DNA from: Neoechinorhynchus agilis
Taxonomy: Eukaryota; Animalia; Acanthocephala
Assembly (NCBI GenBank): GCA_051530055.1
Contig: CM121341.1
Span: 5,248,784 to 5,312,783 of the forward strand
Reading direction: 5' to 3'
Length of the DNA: 64,000 nt
Both the position numbers and the translations under genes were made by a program. Every line of letters starts with the position of its first letter. Within the stretch, counting starts at the first letter, position 1. Below, in pieces: positions 1 to 11,869 of this stretch. Below the pieces are notes generated by a model that searched no databases, was not told the origin of the DNA, and was given only the letters and a program-made list of their open reading frames with translations.

Positions 1-890
1 ACATGATTTACATCGAAGTGATTTTAGTTTGCATTGATCACTTGGGTTAAGCTCGCGTTGTTTATTGTCGACACTGCGAGAATTATTTTTCAAATTCATG
101 TTAATTTCGTCCTTTCTTTTTGTGATCGGCCGATTGCAGCATTTGCACCTTTTTTGATTAATGGTTTTATTGCTGCTCTGATTGGAACGTTCTGTATTCA
201 GATTCTGAATTTCATTTTGAGCGGCCGACTGTGTTTGAAGATCGGAGGGAGAATTAACCTGCAACGATTGAAGTCGTTCCGTAACATAATTCAGATTTAT
301 ATCCAGAATATTTTCCGGGTTTCGCGGCACCGTAGCTTCGAGGATGTCTCTTGTATCAGGTCGATGGTCGACATTGCGGATTTCACTATTGAATACCGCA
401 TTTTGTTCCGCGTTGGCGTCAAGGCGACGACTGTTTATGAATCTGAGCGGAGGAAAAATTATTCGCTCGGTCGTATTAAGTTGATTATTGAGGCTCCTCC
501 TATTTTCATGTCCATAATTTGGATTATTTGAATGATGAAAATCTTGGAAGGAAGCTCTGGATCTCGTAAATGGACTCCTTGGCTCAAAGCTGGGACGGAA
601 GCGAGATAAATGCACAGTTTCGGCTCCTGCCATTGAAACCGAATTATTCGCTCGATTTTGTCCTCGAAATACACTATTCCGTTCAGGACTTCTTAGCGAA
701 TTGTAATTGCGTGTTGCCCCATCCGTAGTAAATTGTTGATTTCTTCGCACCGAATTACCGGTTGGAGGATAATCATCTCTCCGCGCTACTGTTCGCCGAG
801 TCCATGGACCGTCTCGATTTTGTACTCGTGGAGTGTAATATTCATTACGATCCCCGTTGTAGCGAACGTTTCGTCTTCTGTCTGTCATTT
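1..890 (-). CDS. Duplicate 5' part of the Arg/Asn-rich repeat protein gene (second copy of 9850-10739); continues off the left edge of the window
   Basis: 1-2650 is near-identical to 9850-12499 (offset 9849); the minus-strand frame is open to the window edge. Confidence 0.7.
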
Positions 891-1699
891 CTAAAGAACG
901 AAAAAAAGTTAAAATTAAGAAATTCTTAATGCTGGCTAATTTTTTCAGAATTGCTCGAACCCTAATTAGTGCAGATACGCACCACCAATTAATCAAATTA
1001 TTCTTAATTAAGGCCAAGTAAATAAATATCCTTGCTTTTTCTACTAAGAAGCCATCATTTTTAATTGATTTTACGCGTTAACGCCCATGTTTTTGTTGCT
1101 ACTTCCGGAAACAATTTTCCGGTTGCGTGAGAAAATAAAGCGAAGTAGATTAATCCTGGTCTCAAGAATTAAAAGTTTAAGGAGACGTAGCAACAATTTG
1201 CTATAACTATTTTAAACATGAAAACGATAAAGACGCTCCTGATAAAAATACAAAAGTTACTAGAGATTTTTGGGCATTTTAATAGTTCCCTTCAAAATTA
1301 AGCATTTTCGGAGGACGATCACTTTGGTGATGCCCCTAAACTGATATCAGCACATAGTTTACTTATAACATTGAAGGAAAACTCATAGTTTTGTCCTTGT
1401 TCAATCAATTCATTTCTGCTAAAAATTGAAGGTTTTATACTTACTTTTTAAAGTAGTTTCAAGATGGACTGAAGTAGCTTTTAAATTTAGAAGTTTGTAT
1501 TAAAGTCGAAGTAGACAGATTCAAAGTTGCTCGTCTTTAGGTTTCGATCGTCTGATGTAGAATACTAATCGTTTGCCTGGAGAATCAATAAGTTATCTGT
1601 CAAGCGTTGAAATCGATGTTAGCTACTTGTTGCCTTTACAATAAGCTAGAAACCGAATCTACGCTTTGGTGCATTTACAGCGTTACTATTGAATGCAGC

Positions 1700-1835
1700 C
1701 AATCAGCATGGAAGCCTTAATTAAATTTATGATTCTAACCAATGAGCGAGCATGCGCTTCAACTATAAAGACCTTACTTTTATGTTGCCGACCTGAATCC
1801 GACGAGGTTCGAAACGTCTTTAATAAATACTCATT
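1700..1835 (+). promoter_or_regulatory. CCAAT-CCAAT-TATA cluster followed by AATAAA (also at 11549-11684); promoter or pseudo-LTR-like
   Basis: gcagccaatcag, ctaaccaatgag, actataaag, then ccgacgaggttcgaaacgtc and aataaa. Confidence 0.35.
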
Positions 1836-2019
1836 TACCGGGTGTGGACCCAAACAATAATTCTAACAAAAGGAAATCTTTAAATGATAAGGACAGCGCA
1901 TGATCAAAGCCATTTTTAAGTATTTTAATTAAACAGTGAAATTTTTAAGCATGCGACGAAGTCTAAAAAGTAACAAGTGATTTAAATCTAAAAGCATCAA
2001 TTTGTTACGTATATTTATT

Positions 2020-2650
2020 TGAGTTTTGCTTTGCGCCAAAGCATTTACCGGATTGCTCAACGATTGCCTCCAAAAGAACTGCACGCCACCATGGACACGG
2101 GTCTTCGCATTCCCGCGCTAAGTCCTTTGCACCAGTGATGATTCTGGGGTGTCTGACATCAACAATCGAAGAAAGGATGGCCTCCTTCGAATAGACATTT
2201 AACAATTTCGAGATGAAATTTCACGAGGTTCGTAAGGGACGCACGAAGGAAGGATTTCGCTGCCGTTTTTCAAAGCGATCCCTGACAGAACGTGTTTCTT
2301 CGAAGCTTGCGGGCTGAGGTGTTGGAGGTGGGGCTGTTCGGTTATTGTCATCCTCCGACAGTTTTGCACAAGGAAACAACGCGACACAACAAATACTCCG
2401 GTCAAAACATCGATACAGTAGTGGCAGTTTTGAAATTCCACCGCCTCCCATACAAGACAGAACACTTACTCAAATTCCAGAGTTAAAAAGGCCATCTCAT
2501 CTTTTGCAAATGGTTCGGGTCACGGGCTTGACGGGTTAAGACCTCAGCACCTAAAGGACTTTACAACTGGTGAAGCAGCTCTCCCTCTAGAAAGGTCGCT
2601 TTTTCGGTTAGTCGACCGCCTGACTGGAGAGGACCTGAATCCCGTTTGAA
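2020..2650 (+). mobile_element. Truncated pre-RT part of a CRE-like non-LTR retrotransposon (duplicate of 11870-12499)
   Basis: Near-identical to the sequence leading into the RT at 12569; AVRLLSSSDSFA...LRSKH motif. Confidence 0.65.
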
Positions 2651-3093
2651 GACAATTTGAGACCTTCCAGTGATCGCGAATCCGCAACAGAAACAAACGT
2701 TGGAGTATGATCCCCATACTTCAGACTTTTACCATTCTGTTCCAGCTTAGGACCACGAAAAAGAGCGACCAATAATTTGAACTCTATCGAAATCATCAAT
2801 TGAGCTTGGCTATCATTCCGATACGGAATCTCGATCGCTTCTTCTAGAATGCTCCCTGCATCCTTAAAGAACATTCATTGGGTGCGTATGGAATTTATAA
2901 AAAGGAAGAATGTGAAATTGCAAAGTTTTGATAAAAATTGTTGTTCGTCTTAACGCTAAGTGACGTCACAGTACACGATAAACCTTCGTTGTTTTTAAAA
3001 AACAACAAACAAAATTTAACACGCAATCCACGGAAGAATCGTTGAATCCTCGTGGCTTTGGAAATGTCCATCCTTTTTTTTGTGTTGTTAAAG

Positions 3094-4281
3094 ATGTCAT
3101 TGCGTGAAAACGAAGAAGAGATTGCGCCATCAATTGAGCCAAAGTCAACGGTTGGTTCGTCTACGGGTCCGATCCGAGTGCAAAAGTTCTTGAGATCGCC
3201 GATCGAGGCGACGATTACACTATCGAACCTTCCTCCGGACGAAGAAGGTGAACGTCCTTTCACTGTTAAAGAAGGTATTCAATTGGTCGGTGAGCATGGC
3301 ATCGACGTAAAAGATGCGTTTATGATCAATGAAACGAATCGAAAGATGGTAATCCAAGTGGACCCATCAACGAACCCAGAAGCGATTGATATGATCCAGA
3401 AGCACAAGAATCTTGAATGGCGAGGTCACCGAATCAATCTCGTCTGTAGTGGCAGAATGTTCAATCGGCGCTACCGTGACCCAAAGAGCTCACAGCGACA
3501 TTCTGAACCACGAATGCCCCTTGATGTTTTCCAGAAGTATAGAAGAGTAGAAGTAATATTCGAAGACTGTCCTCCGGTTAGAAATTTTGCTTTGAAAGTA
3601 CAAGATTATGTTCGGGAGCAAATTTGGCTCATCGCAGGAACGAGCGTGGTGGTGTGCGGAATGCCCACAACTCGACAGATGAGCGATTATGTGATCGTTG
3701 ATTCCATTGAGACTGCTAGCCGGCGAAACGTCCAAGTTGCTGTACTGATTGGTCGCGAAAACGAAGCGCGAGAGTCGGTCACTGTAGCTCTAATGCCTAT
3801 GAACCGAAGTGCAAATCCAGTTGAGGATCTAAGGAACATTCCATTGGATAATGCCGTGAGGAGCATTATTGCTCATTTTGAGCAGCTTAGCCAACAAGAG
3901 ATTATTCGAGATTCTATGCTAAAAATAGCGAATGGAGACGGGAATGTGAGTGTCCAAGAGTACGATTGTGTTATTGAACATCTCACAGAACAAAGACAGC
4001 GAATTGTGGATGAGCAATCTCAACTCATTAATTGCTATTACGCGTCTGCATATCAAGTTCCATTGAACGCAATGGACCAAAATGAAGCTTGTTCTATCGA
4101 ACAAAATCAATATCCATTACATTTAAGGAGCGGATACTCCAATTTAGAGCACACAACAGTGATGCCTCCGAGGATTCCCTTTGGTGCACCTTTTTATCAA
4201 CAAAGATTTCCATTACCTGCGCCTTATCCATACCAACACCGCCCGTTTCACAGGTCTTTTCTTGCGAGACCCTATAAATGA
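3094..4281 (+). CDS. NCOA5: NCOA5/Neosin-like protein (N-terminal RRM-like region plus anticodon-binding-like domain)
   Basis: SVTVALMPMNRSANPVEDLRNIPLDNAVRSIIAHFEQL resembles the NCOA5 [31 protein letters not shown] motif; ATG at 3094 follows a T-rich tract ending in AG. Confidence 0.7.
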   Translation: MSLRENEEEIAPSIEPKSTVGSSTGPIRVQKFLRSPIEATITLSNLPPDEEGERPFTVKEGIQLVGEHGIDVKDAFMINETNRKMVIQVDPSTNPEAIDMIQKHKNLEWRGHRINLVCSGRMFNRRYRDPKSSQRHSEPRMPLDVFQKYRRVEVIFEDCPPVRNFALKVQDYVREQIWLIAGTSVVVCGMPTTRQMSDYVIVDSIETASRRNVQVAVLIGRENEARESVTVALMPMNRSANPVEDLRNIPLDNAVRSIIAHFEQLSQQEIIRDSMLKIANGDGNVSVQEYDCVIEHLTEQRQRIVDEQSQLINCYYASAYQVPLNAMDQNEACSIEQNQYPLHLRSGYSNLEHTTVMPPRIPFGAPFYQQRFPLPAPYPYQHRPFHRSFLARPYK

Positions 4282-4400
4282 TATGTCAAAAAACGTTTCT
4301 CCGTGTATTTGAACAAGCGTGAGCGTTGCATTGTTCATAGCAGACTTTTCGGATACTTGAGAATTGATCTCTCGTCAACGTAATTGCTCTCAACAAAGCA

Positions 4401-4967
4401 ATGAACACGGAAAGGGACTCTGCTAAGTACTCCACCCTTATCGATGTCGAACTAAAGAGGTGCTTTGAACGAGTTACTGATACTCTGAAGGGTTCATTAA
4501 TTAAAGTGATGTGCACTGTTAAGGATATATTAGCGGAGGCTATTCAGTGCGAGATGGAAGCTCTTAGAAATGAACAGTTGGCCGAATTAAAGAGGCAGGC
4601 AAAGGTTTCAAAGGGGAATTCTAAGAAACAAATTAAAGGTTTACAGAAATCGGCTAGTGAAGCTTCCACAAAGGAGAATACGGTTTTGGTAGATTCCATC
4701 TTTATGGCAAACTCAAACGAAGACTCGTTGGAAACGAGTGGTGTTCAAAAGACTGCGAATTTTTCGACAATTACTATGGACTTGGCACTACCCTTAGAGG
4801 ACATTCAGCATACAGTACTTAATGATTTTAAAATTACTGTAGAGGAGTATGATATTGTGACTGTGATAAAAGGTAGCGATAGGAAAAGCGAAAGCGATTT
4901 AGCTGAAGTAACTACTAAGAAAGCTACGGTTGAACAAAAGGTCGACGAAAAACATTGGAACGAATGA
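4401..4967 (+). CDS. Hypothetical 188-aa protein (possible coiled coil; could belong to the adjacent LINE ORF1)
   Basis: Open ORF with protein-like composition and no recognised motif. Confidence 0.4.
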   Translation: MNTERDSAKYSTLIDVELKRCFERVTDTLKGSLIKVMCTVKDILAEAIQCEMEALRNEQLAELKRQAKVSKGNSKKQIKGLQKSASEASTKENTVLVDSIFMANSNEDSLETSGVQKTANFSTITMDLALPLEDIQHTVLNDFKITVEEYDIVTVIKGSDRKSESDLAEVTTKKATVEQKVDEKHWNE

Positions 4968-4989
4968 AAAAAAGGAAAAGGGAGAACAA

Positions 4990-7630
4990 CTAATTATAAG
5001 GATATAAGGTTGACACGAACACCATCAAAATCATTCGACCCTCCGATTCATTTCTGTGATGATACGCCTTCTCCACCCCACCCATCATCCCTCGGTGCCC
5101 GGAATTCGACCCATCGTGTCATGCACTCCTCTCTCTAGGATATAAATCGCACCACATTTATTTCTGAAAAGCCAGGAGCCTCCTTTACAGATCCTGTCGC
5201 CACTGATACACACAACCGCAACAAATTCCTTCGTATCGGTCAACTCCTTTCCCCCGACATTCACTTTACTATTCCTTCCCATCAACTGTTATGCGTATTC
5301 CCTCCAAAAATCAATTTAACCCGAGACCTCGTATCCTCAAAGTTACTTTTATTTCACCACTCGTAGCTTCCCTCGTTCTTAACAGGAGACACAGACTCCT
5401 CACAACTTTCTGTTCGTATCTATCCACATAAAAACTCATTACAAAATCTTTCCACCGTTCCTACAAACTTAACTCAGATCTCATCTTTTCCAATGTAACC
5501 CGTCACTTTTAGCGAACACCCACGAATATCTCCCCCATCCCAAAACACGAAGAATCAGCGACTTCCCAGTTTCTTTGATTACGTATAACTCCACCGGTGG
5601 CCGAATAACCACAAAGGTCAATCTCCCAGCCCTTCCACGTGAAATACTCTCTTTTTCCCGAAGCAAGTAAATAATTATCTCTCTACCTTTACTTCGATCC
5701 ATTCAAGATCTCAACTCTAAACTCATTTCTATCATTACCAATCACTCATCCCAACTCAAATTTTCGATTTGCGGGGAACTCTGACCACTCTTCTGCCCTT
5801 ATTACTCCCTCCACCCCACCTCAGCGTATGAAATCTCCCCGTTTACCCGTGTGGGATAAACGTGATCATCGCATCCAAACATTTAAAAATTTGTTCAACA
5901 ACTCAAATGTCCTTTCCTTGGCTATGTTCTCCCTAACCTCAATCATAGAAAATTCCATAACCCTGTCAATTCCCCGAATAACCCATATTCTGAAACTTCT
6001 TCAAAGGCAAGCTTCAAACGCAAATCGCAATAACTTTCTAGATTTTTCCCGTTCACAAAAACCACTAAATAACAAAATACTTATCGCTCGCAAAAACATT
6101 CTTTCCTCGAAAATTCGTTCGGGTGGAATTTCAAAATGATGGTGGGCCGTCAAGAACTCTCTTGGTCTACGGCACCGTGATCTCTTCCCTAATTTGACCT
6201 CCACTGAATTAAAACCGGTTCCAGATTTCATCAATCGGAACCAATGCCCTGACTCAATTTACAATCACTACTCACCACACAATCTTTCACACCAACATCT
6301 GAAACTTTTGTCAACTCGCCGATACCCCCTTAGTTTCGTCATACCAAGTACTAAAGCATCTCAAGAAATTACCTCGAAATTCGTCCTCTCAATCCGAAAT
6401 CCCCAACTGGGCTCTTCGCTACATCATCCGCGAACTCATCGAACCTCTTACCCACATTATAAACCTCGGTTTTTACATGGCATCTACCTCTCATGGCTGA
6501 AAACTGCTAAAGTTATCCTTGTTCCAAAAAAGTACATCCTATTTCGGCTGAATCATTCCGTCCAATAATCTATTCTACCCGCTCTTTCAAAAATCATCGA
6601 AAAATGTTTTAAATCTTGCCTTCTTTCACTTCTCAACGAGAAGTTATCGCCCCTGCAATTTGGCTTCCGGTCCAAATTTACTGCAACCGATGCCCTACTT
6701 TGCATTAATGAGACGCTCGTAAGCAACAGCGACAATAACTCCTCCCACTTCACCCGTCTCATTCAACTTGATTTATCGAAAGCATTCGATTCCGTGGACC
6801 ATTCACTCTTTCCCCGGGCCTGCTCCGGATTTGGTCTCAATTTGTGGCAGATCCGCTGGCTCCAATCTTATCTTCACAATCGCAAACAATACATTCACAG
6901 CCGTTCTACCTCTTCTATCAGCCTATCTCTCACCAAAGGCGTACCTCAAGGTGCTTTCATCACTTCTCTTTAATATTTTCCTTAACGACCTCAAACCTCT
7001 CTTCTCTCACTGTAAACTCTTCTTATACGTCGACGATATCACCATCATCACCCTTTAACCCTCACCTCTCGCTCCTTAACCTCTAAGGAAATCACACAGA
7101 AAAGATTTCTGCACCAATCACAAACTCTACTTGAATTTCTCTAAATGCTTCGAAATTATCCTCTCTCTCCCGCAACCCCACATCATCCCCTGAGTTTCCA
7201 AATGACATCTTACGAGTCAGCTCCCTAAGAATTCTGGGTACTAATTTCAATCAAATTTGAAATGGGACTCGCACATCACTCTCCCCTCAAGCAAAACGCC
7301 TTTAAAAATTATCTCCTCAAACGCCTTGCCCCCATTTCACGCGAGCACAACACTCGTAATCCTAACTCGTTTCATCCTCCCCCTACTCTGCCCAATCTTC
7401 TCTCGGATATCAGAACTTGAAATGAACCTGAGGAAAGACCAACTTTGCAAGCACTCCTGCATACAATAACCACCAATGAACGGATATTCCTAACCGTCCG
7501 GACTCGCAATCCAATCGAAAATCAATAGCCAGATACATTTACCAAATCAGAACTCGAGGGTTTATGTGAACCCAAAGATACATGGGGCCTCTTCTTTGTG
7601 AATCAACAAGTAAAACGTGTTATTATTATA
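4990..7630 (+). mobile_element. Decayed APE-type LINE (L2/CR1 group): ORF1 remnant, endonuclease, RT and 3' tail, with frameshifts
   Basis: PRPRILKVTF (ORF1); KTAKVILVPKK; LQFGFR; LDLSKAFDSVDHS; GVPQG; LYVDDI; 3' motif ccaaag(g/a)tacatggg recurs at 8574, 17464 and 25385 (minus). Confidence 0.85.
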
Positions 7631-8721
7631 TTCTTATGATGTTGTCAATCTGAAAGTAATTCCGCATTTTCTGATTCGTGACATTCCTTTTGATGTTTTC
7701 TAAAGTGATTACATCCAACAATCGTAAAATTCTTTTAAATAGAACAGTAAGACTTTTTTTCGATTCTTCTTTTTTTTGCCAACGGAACATTTTTTTGGAC
7801 AATATTAAAGATAATGACGTAATACAGAATTTCACCAATTTATTGTTTGAACATATAAACATAATTATTCGCCGTCCTCGTCCTCAATTGTCGCCCATAA
7901 GTTGTGACATTCCATTTGACGCTTTCTTAAGCGATTAGATTCGTCGTTCTTTTTTGAAATTCAGTTGAGCGTATAAACGACGTCCAATATTTGAGATATT
8001 TTGATTCCCGGCGCGCGCGAGAAATTCTTTAATTTAAGCCACGAGAAAGGCATAGGAAAAAAACCGAAAACTCAATCTCTCCCATCATTCATAGGTCTTA
8101 AATAATTATTATTAAAACTAGACGATTAGTTGTCCTGGGCGGAACACGAGTCTTAGCCGCGGTTCTTTCATTTGGATGAATGCTTGAGTTTCCAAAACGA
8201 GCAACAGAAGTGTAGAAACAGCTACGAATCGCATAGCGTCAGTTGGAGATGTCGTTCACTTATGAACTCTTAAGGTTGTATTTGTAGTTATTAACCATGA
8301 ACCAGCTGTCCATGTCTTTCTATGATTTATTTAAATGAACTTCAGGGGCAATAATCCACAACATTTGAATTTTGCCGACGGTGATTGGCTGCTAAAGCAT
8401 CTTTTGTTTCATCGCTAAGAATACGCGTTAAATTCTTTGTGGTTATGTCAAAAATTTGAGAACGAATTATTCGATTTGATAATTTTGGATATTTTGTGTT
8501 GATTTGAACGTAGTTTATTCCCACCCGAAGGGAAATACGAAAAAACCGGAATATCTGTGTGTTTATGAGGACCCAAAGGTACATGGGTCTCATATTTTAA
8601 ACACAAAAATTAATATAATGTGTTATTATTTATAACCTCCCCCCCCGTTTCAGAGAGAAAATAGCTTTTAGCGTTTTATTTTTTCAGCACATACAACAAT
8701 TAAACCATTTTTCAATGTTTC

Positions 8722-10737
8722 TCATCGCCTTTTGATTACAATCTTTCCCTCCTCATCGTTGTCGCTCAAAAGCGAAATCCAATCGTCTTCGTCGGTAGCG
8801 TTTTCAATATTCGCCGTTTCTTGCTCCGTAGAGTCCGTTATTGGTGACGAATCCTTTTTAATATTTTCCCCATCTTCAAGTTCGAGAGTTGCGGGGCTTT
8901 CTCGAATCGTCGAGGTTTCCTTTATTGGCGACGAATCCTCATTGATATTTTCCCCATCTTCAAGTCCGAGAGTTGCGGGGGTTTCTCGATTCGTCGAAGT
9001 TTTTGTTTCCTTTATTGGTGAAGAATCCTTGTTAATATTTTCCCCATCTTCAAGTTCGAGAGTTGCGGGGCTTTCTGGATTCGTTGAAGTTTCCTTTATG
9101 GGTGACGAATCCTTTTTAATATTTTCCCCATCTTCAAGTCCGAGAATTGCGGGGCTTTCTGGATTCGTTGAAGTTTCCTTTATGGGTGACGAATCCTTTT
9201 TAATATTTTCCCCATCTTCAAGTCCGAGAATTGCTGGGCTTTCTGGATTCGTTGAAGTTTCCTTTATGGGTGACGAATCCTTTTTAATATTTTCCCCATC
9301 TTCAAGTCCGAGAGTTGCAGGGCTTTCTCGATTCATTGAAGTTTCTTTTGTTGGTGACGAATCCTTTTTAATATTTTCCCCATCTTCAAGTCCGAGAGTT
9401 GCGGGGCTTTCTCGAATCGTCGAGGTTTCCTTTATTGGCGACGAATCCTCATTGATATTTTCCCCATCTTCAAGTTCGAGAGTTGCGGGGCTTTCGGGAT
9501 TCGTTGAAGTTTCCTTTATTGGTGACGAATCTTTTTTAATATTTTCCCCATCTTCAAGTCCGAAAGTTGCGAGGCTTTCTGGATTCGTAGAAGTTTTTGT
9601 TTCCTTTATTGGTGAGGAAACCTCATTGATATTTTGCTCATATTCGGGTCGAAGCGATGCGGGGATTTCTCGATTCGTCAAAGTTTCCGTTTCCGTTGTT
9701 ATTGACGACTCCACGTTGATATTTTTCCGATTATCAAGTGGAACATTGTCCGCAGTCATTAGGCGATGGCAACAACGGCATACTTTAAACGGAGTGCGAT
9801 TGACTTGTGGCTTTGGTGGTGCCTTCCCCTTCCTAATTATTGGACGGTCACATGATTTACATCGAAGTGATTTTAGTTTGCATTGATCACTTGGGTTAAG
9901 CTCGCGTTGTTTATTGTCGACACTGCGAGAATTATTTTTCAAATTCATGTTAATTTCCTCCTTTCTTTTTGTGATCGGCCGATTGCAGCATTTGCACCTT
10001 TTTTGATTAATGGTTTTATTGCTGCTCTGATTGGAACGTTCTGTATTCAGATTCTGAATTTCATTTTGAGCGGCCGACTGTGTTTGAAGATCGGAGGGAG
10101 AATTAACCTGCAACGATTGAAGTCGTTCCGTAACATAATTCAGATTTATATCCAGAATATTTTCCGGGTTTCGCGGCACCGTAGCTTCGAGGATGTCTCT
10201 TGTATCAGGTCGATGGTCGACATTGCGGATTTCACTATTGAATACCGCATTTTGTTCCGCGTTGGCGTCAAGGCGACGACTGTTTATGAATCTGAGCGGA
10301 GGAAAAATTATTCGCTCGGTCGTATTAAGTTGATTATTGAGGCTCCTCCTATTTTCATGTCCATAATTTGGATTATTTGAATGATGAAAATCTTGGAAGG
10401 AAGCTCTGGATCTCGTAAATGGACTCCTTGGCTCAAAGCTGGGACGGAAGCGAGATAAATGCACAGTTTCGGCTCCTGCCATTGAAACCGAATTATTCGC
10501 TCGATTTTGTCCTCGAAATACACTATTCCGTTCAGGACTTCTTAGCGAATTGTAATTGCGTGTTGCCCCATCCGTAGTAAATTGTTGATTTCTTCGCACC
10601 GAATTACCGGTTGGAGGATAATCATCTCTCCGCGCTACTGTTCGCCGAGTCCATGGACCGTCTCGATTTTGTACTCGTGGAGTGTAATATTCATTACGAT
10701 CCCCGTTGTAGCGAACGTTTCGTCTTCTGTCTGTCAT
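8722..10737 (-). CDS. Orphan ~670-aa protein: Arg/Asn-rich N-terminus, three CxxCxR motifs, about ten acidic 27-29-aa repeats
   Basis: 714-codon ORF; likely start MTDRRRN directly after ttctttag; repeat unit ESPATLGLEDGENIKKDSSPIKETSTN. Confidence 0.75.
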   Translation of the reverse strand: MTDRRRNVRYNGDRNEYYTPRVQNRDGPWTRRTVARRDDYPPTGNSVRRNQQFTTDGATRNYNSLRSPERNSVFRGQNRANNSVSMAGAETVHLSRFRPSFEPRSPFTRSRASFQDFHHSNNPNYGHENRRSLNNQLNTTERIIFPPLRFINSRRLDANAEQNAVFNSEIRNVDHRPDTRDILEATVPRNPENILDINLNYVTERLQSLQVNSPSDLQTQSAAQNEIQNLNTERSNQSSNKTINQKRCKCCNRPITKRKEEINMNLKNNSRSVDNKQRELNPSDQCKLKSLRCKSCDRPIIRKGKAPPKPQVNRTPFKVCRCCHRLMTADNVPLDNRKNINVESSITTETETLTNREIPASLRPEYEQNINEVSSPIKETKTSTNPESLATFGLEDGENIKKDSSPIKETSTNPESPATLELEDGENINEDSSPIKETSTIRESPATLGLEDGENIKKDSSPTKETSMNRESPATLGLEDGENIKKDSSPIKETSTNPESPAILGLEDGENIKKDSSPIKETSTNPESPAILGLEDGENIKKDSSPIKETSTNPESPATLELEDGENINKDSSPIKETKTSTNRETPATLGLEDGENINEDSSPIKETSTIRESPATLELEDGENIKKDSSPITDSTEQETANIENATDEDDWISLLSDNDEEGKIVIKRR
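8830..9625 (-). repeat. Coding minisatellite, 81/87-bp units, about 10 copies
   Basis: Tandem units are visible directly and keep the reading frame. Confidence 0.95.
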
Positions 10738-11869
10738 TTCTAAAGAACGAAAAAAAGTTAAAATTAAGAAATTCTTAATGCTGGCTAATTTTTTCAGAAT
10801 TGCTCGAACCCTAATTAGTGCAGATACGCACCACCAATTAATCAAATTATTCTTAATTAAGGCCAAGTAAATAAATATCCTTGCTTTTTCTACTAAGAAG
10901 CCATCATTTTTAATTGATTTTACGCGTTAACGCCCATGTTTTTGTTGCTACTTCCGGAAACAATTTTCCGGTTGCGTGAGAAAATAAAGCGAAGTAGATT
11001 AATCCTGGTCTCAAGAATTAAAAGTTTAAGGAGACGTAGCAACAATTTGCTATAACTATTTTAAACATGAAAACGATAAAGACGCTCCTGATAAAAATAC
11101 AAAAGTTACTAGAGATTTTTGGGCATTTTAATAGTTCCCTTCAAAATTAAGCATTTTCGGAGGACGATCACTTTGGTGATGCCCCTAAACTGATATCAGC
11201 ACATAGTTTACTTATAACATTGAAGGAAAACTCATAGTTTTGTCCTTGTTCAATCAATTCATTTCTGCTAAAAATTGAAGGTTTTATACTTACTTTTTAA
11301 AGTAGTTTCAAGATGGACTGAAGTAGCTTTTAAATTTAGAAGTTTGTATTAAAGTCGAAGTAGACAGATTCAAAGTTGCTCGTCTTTAGGTTTCGATCGT
11401 CTGATGTAGAATACTAATCGTTTGCCTGGAGAATCAATAAGTTATCTGTCAAGCGTTGAAATCGATGTTAGCTACTTGTTGCCTTTACAATAAGCTAGAA
11501 ACCGAATCTACGCTTTGGTGCATTTACAGCGTTACTATTGAATGCAGCCAATCAGCATGGAAGCCTTAATTAAATTTATGATTCTAACCAATGAGCGAGC
11601 ATGCGCTTCAACTATAAAGACCTTACTTTTATGTTGCCGACCTGAATCCGACGAGGTTCGAAACGTCTTTAATAAATACTCATTTACCGGGTGTGGACCC
11701 AAACAATAATTCTAACAAAAGGAAATCTTTAAATGATAAGGACAGCGCATGATCAAAGCCATTTTTAAGTATTTTAATTAAACAGTGAAATTTTTAAGCA
11801 TGCGACGAAGTCTAAAAAGTAACAAGTGATTTAAATCTAAAAGCATCAATTTGTTACGTATATTTATTT

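Larger units (their letters stand above)
1..2650. repeat. Segmental duplication, copy 1 (copy 2 = 9850-12499)
   Basis: Near-identical sequence with only scattered substitutions; similarity stops abruptly at about 2650/12499, inside a retrotransposon. Confidence 0.95.

Noticed and set aside
34-531. 165-aa ORFs at 34-531 and 9883-10380; also 19436-19972 and 24652-25026
   Set aside because: Antisense to better-supported genes, with no motifs
7630-8600. Decayed Ulp1-like protease gene on the minus strand
   Set aside because: Only a vague IIAPEVHLN resemblance; no catalytic QxNxxDCG motif found
8732-9886. 384-aa plus-strand hydrophobic repeat ORF
   Set aside because: Antisense shadow of the stop-free minisatellite in the 714-codon ORF
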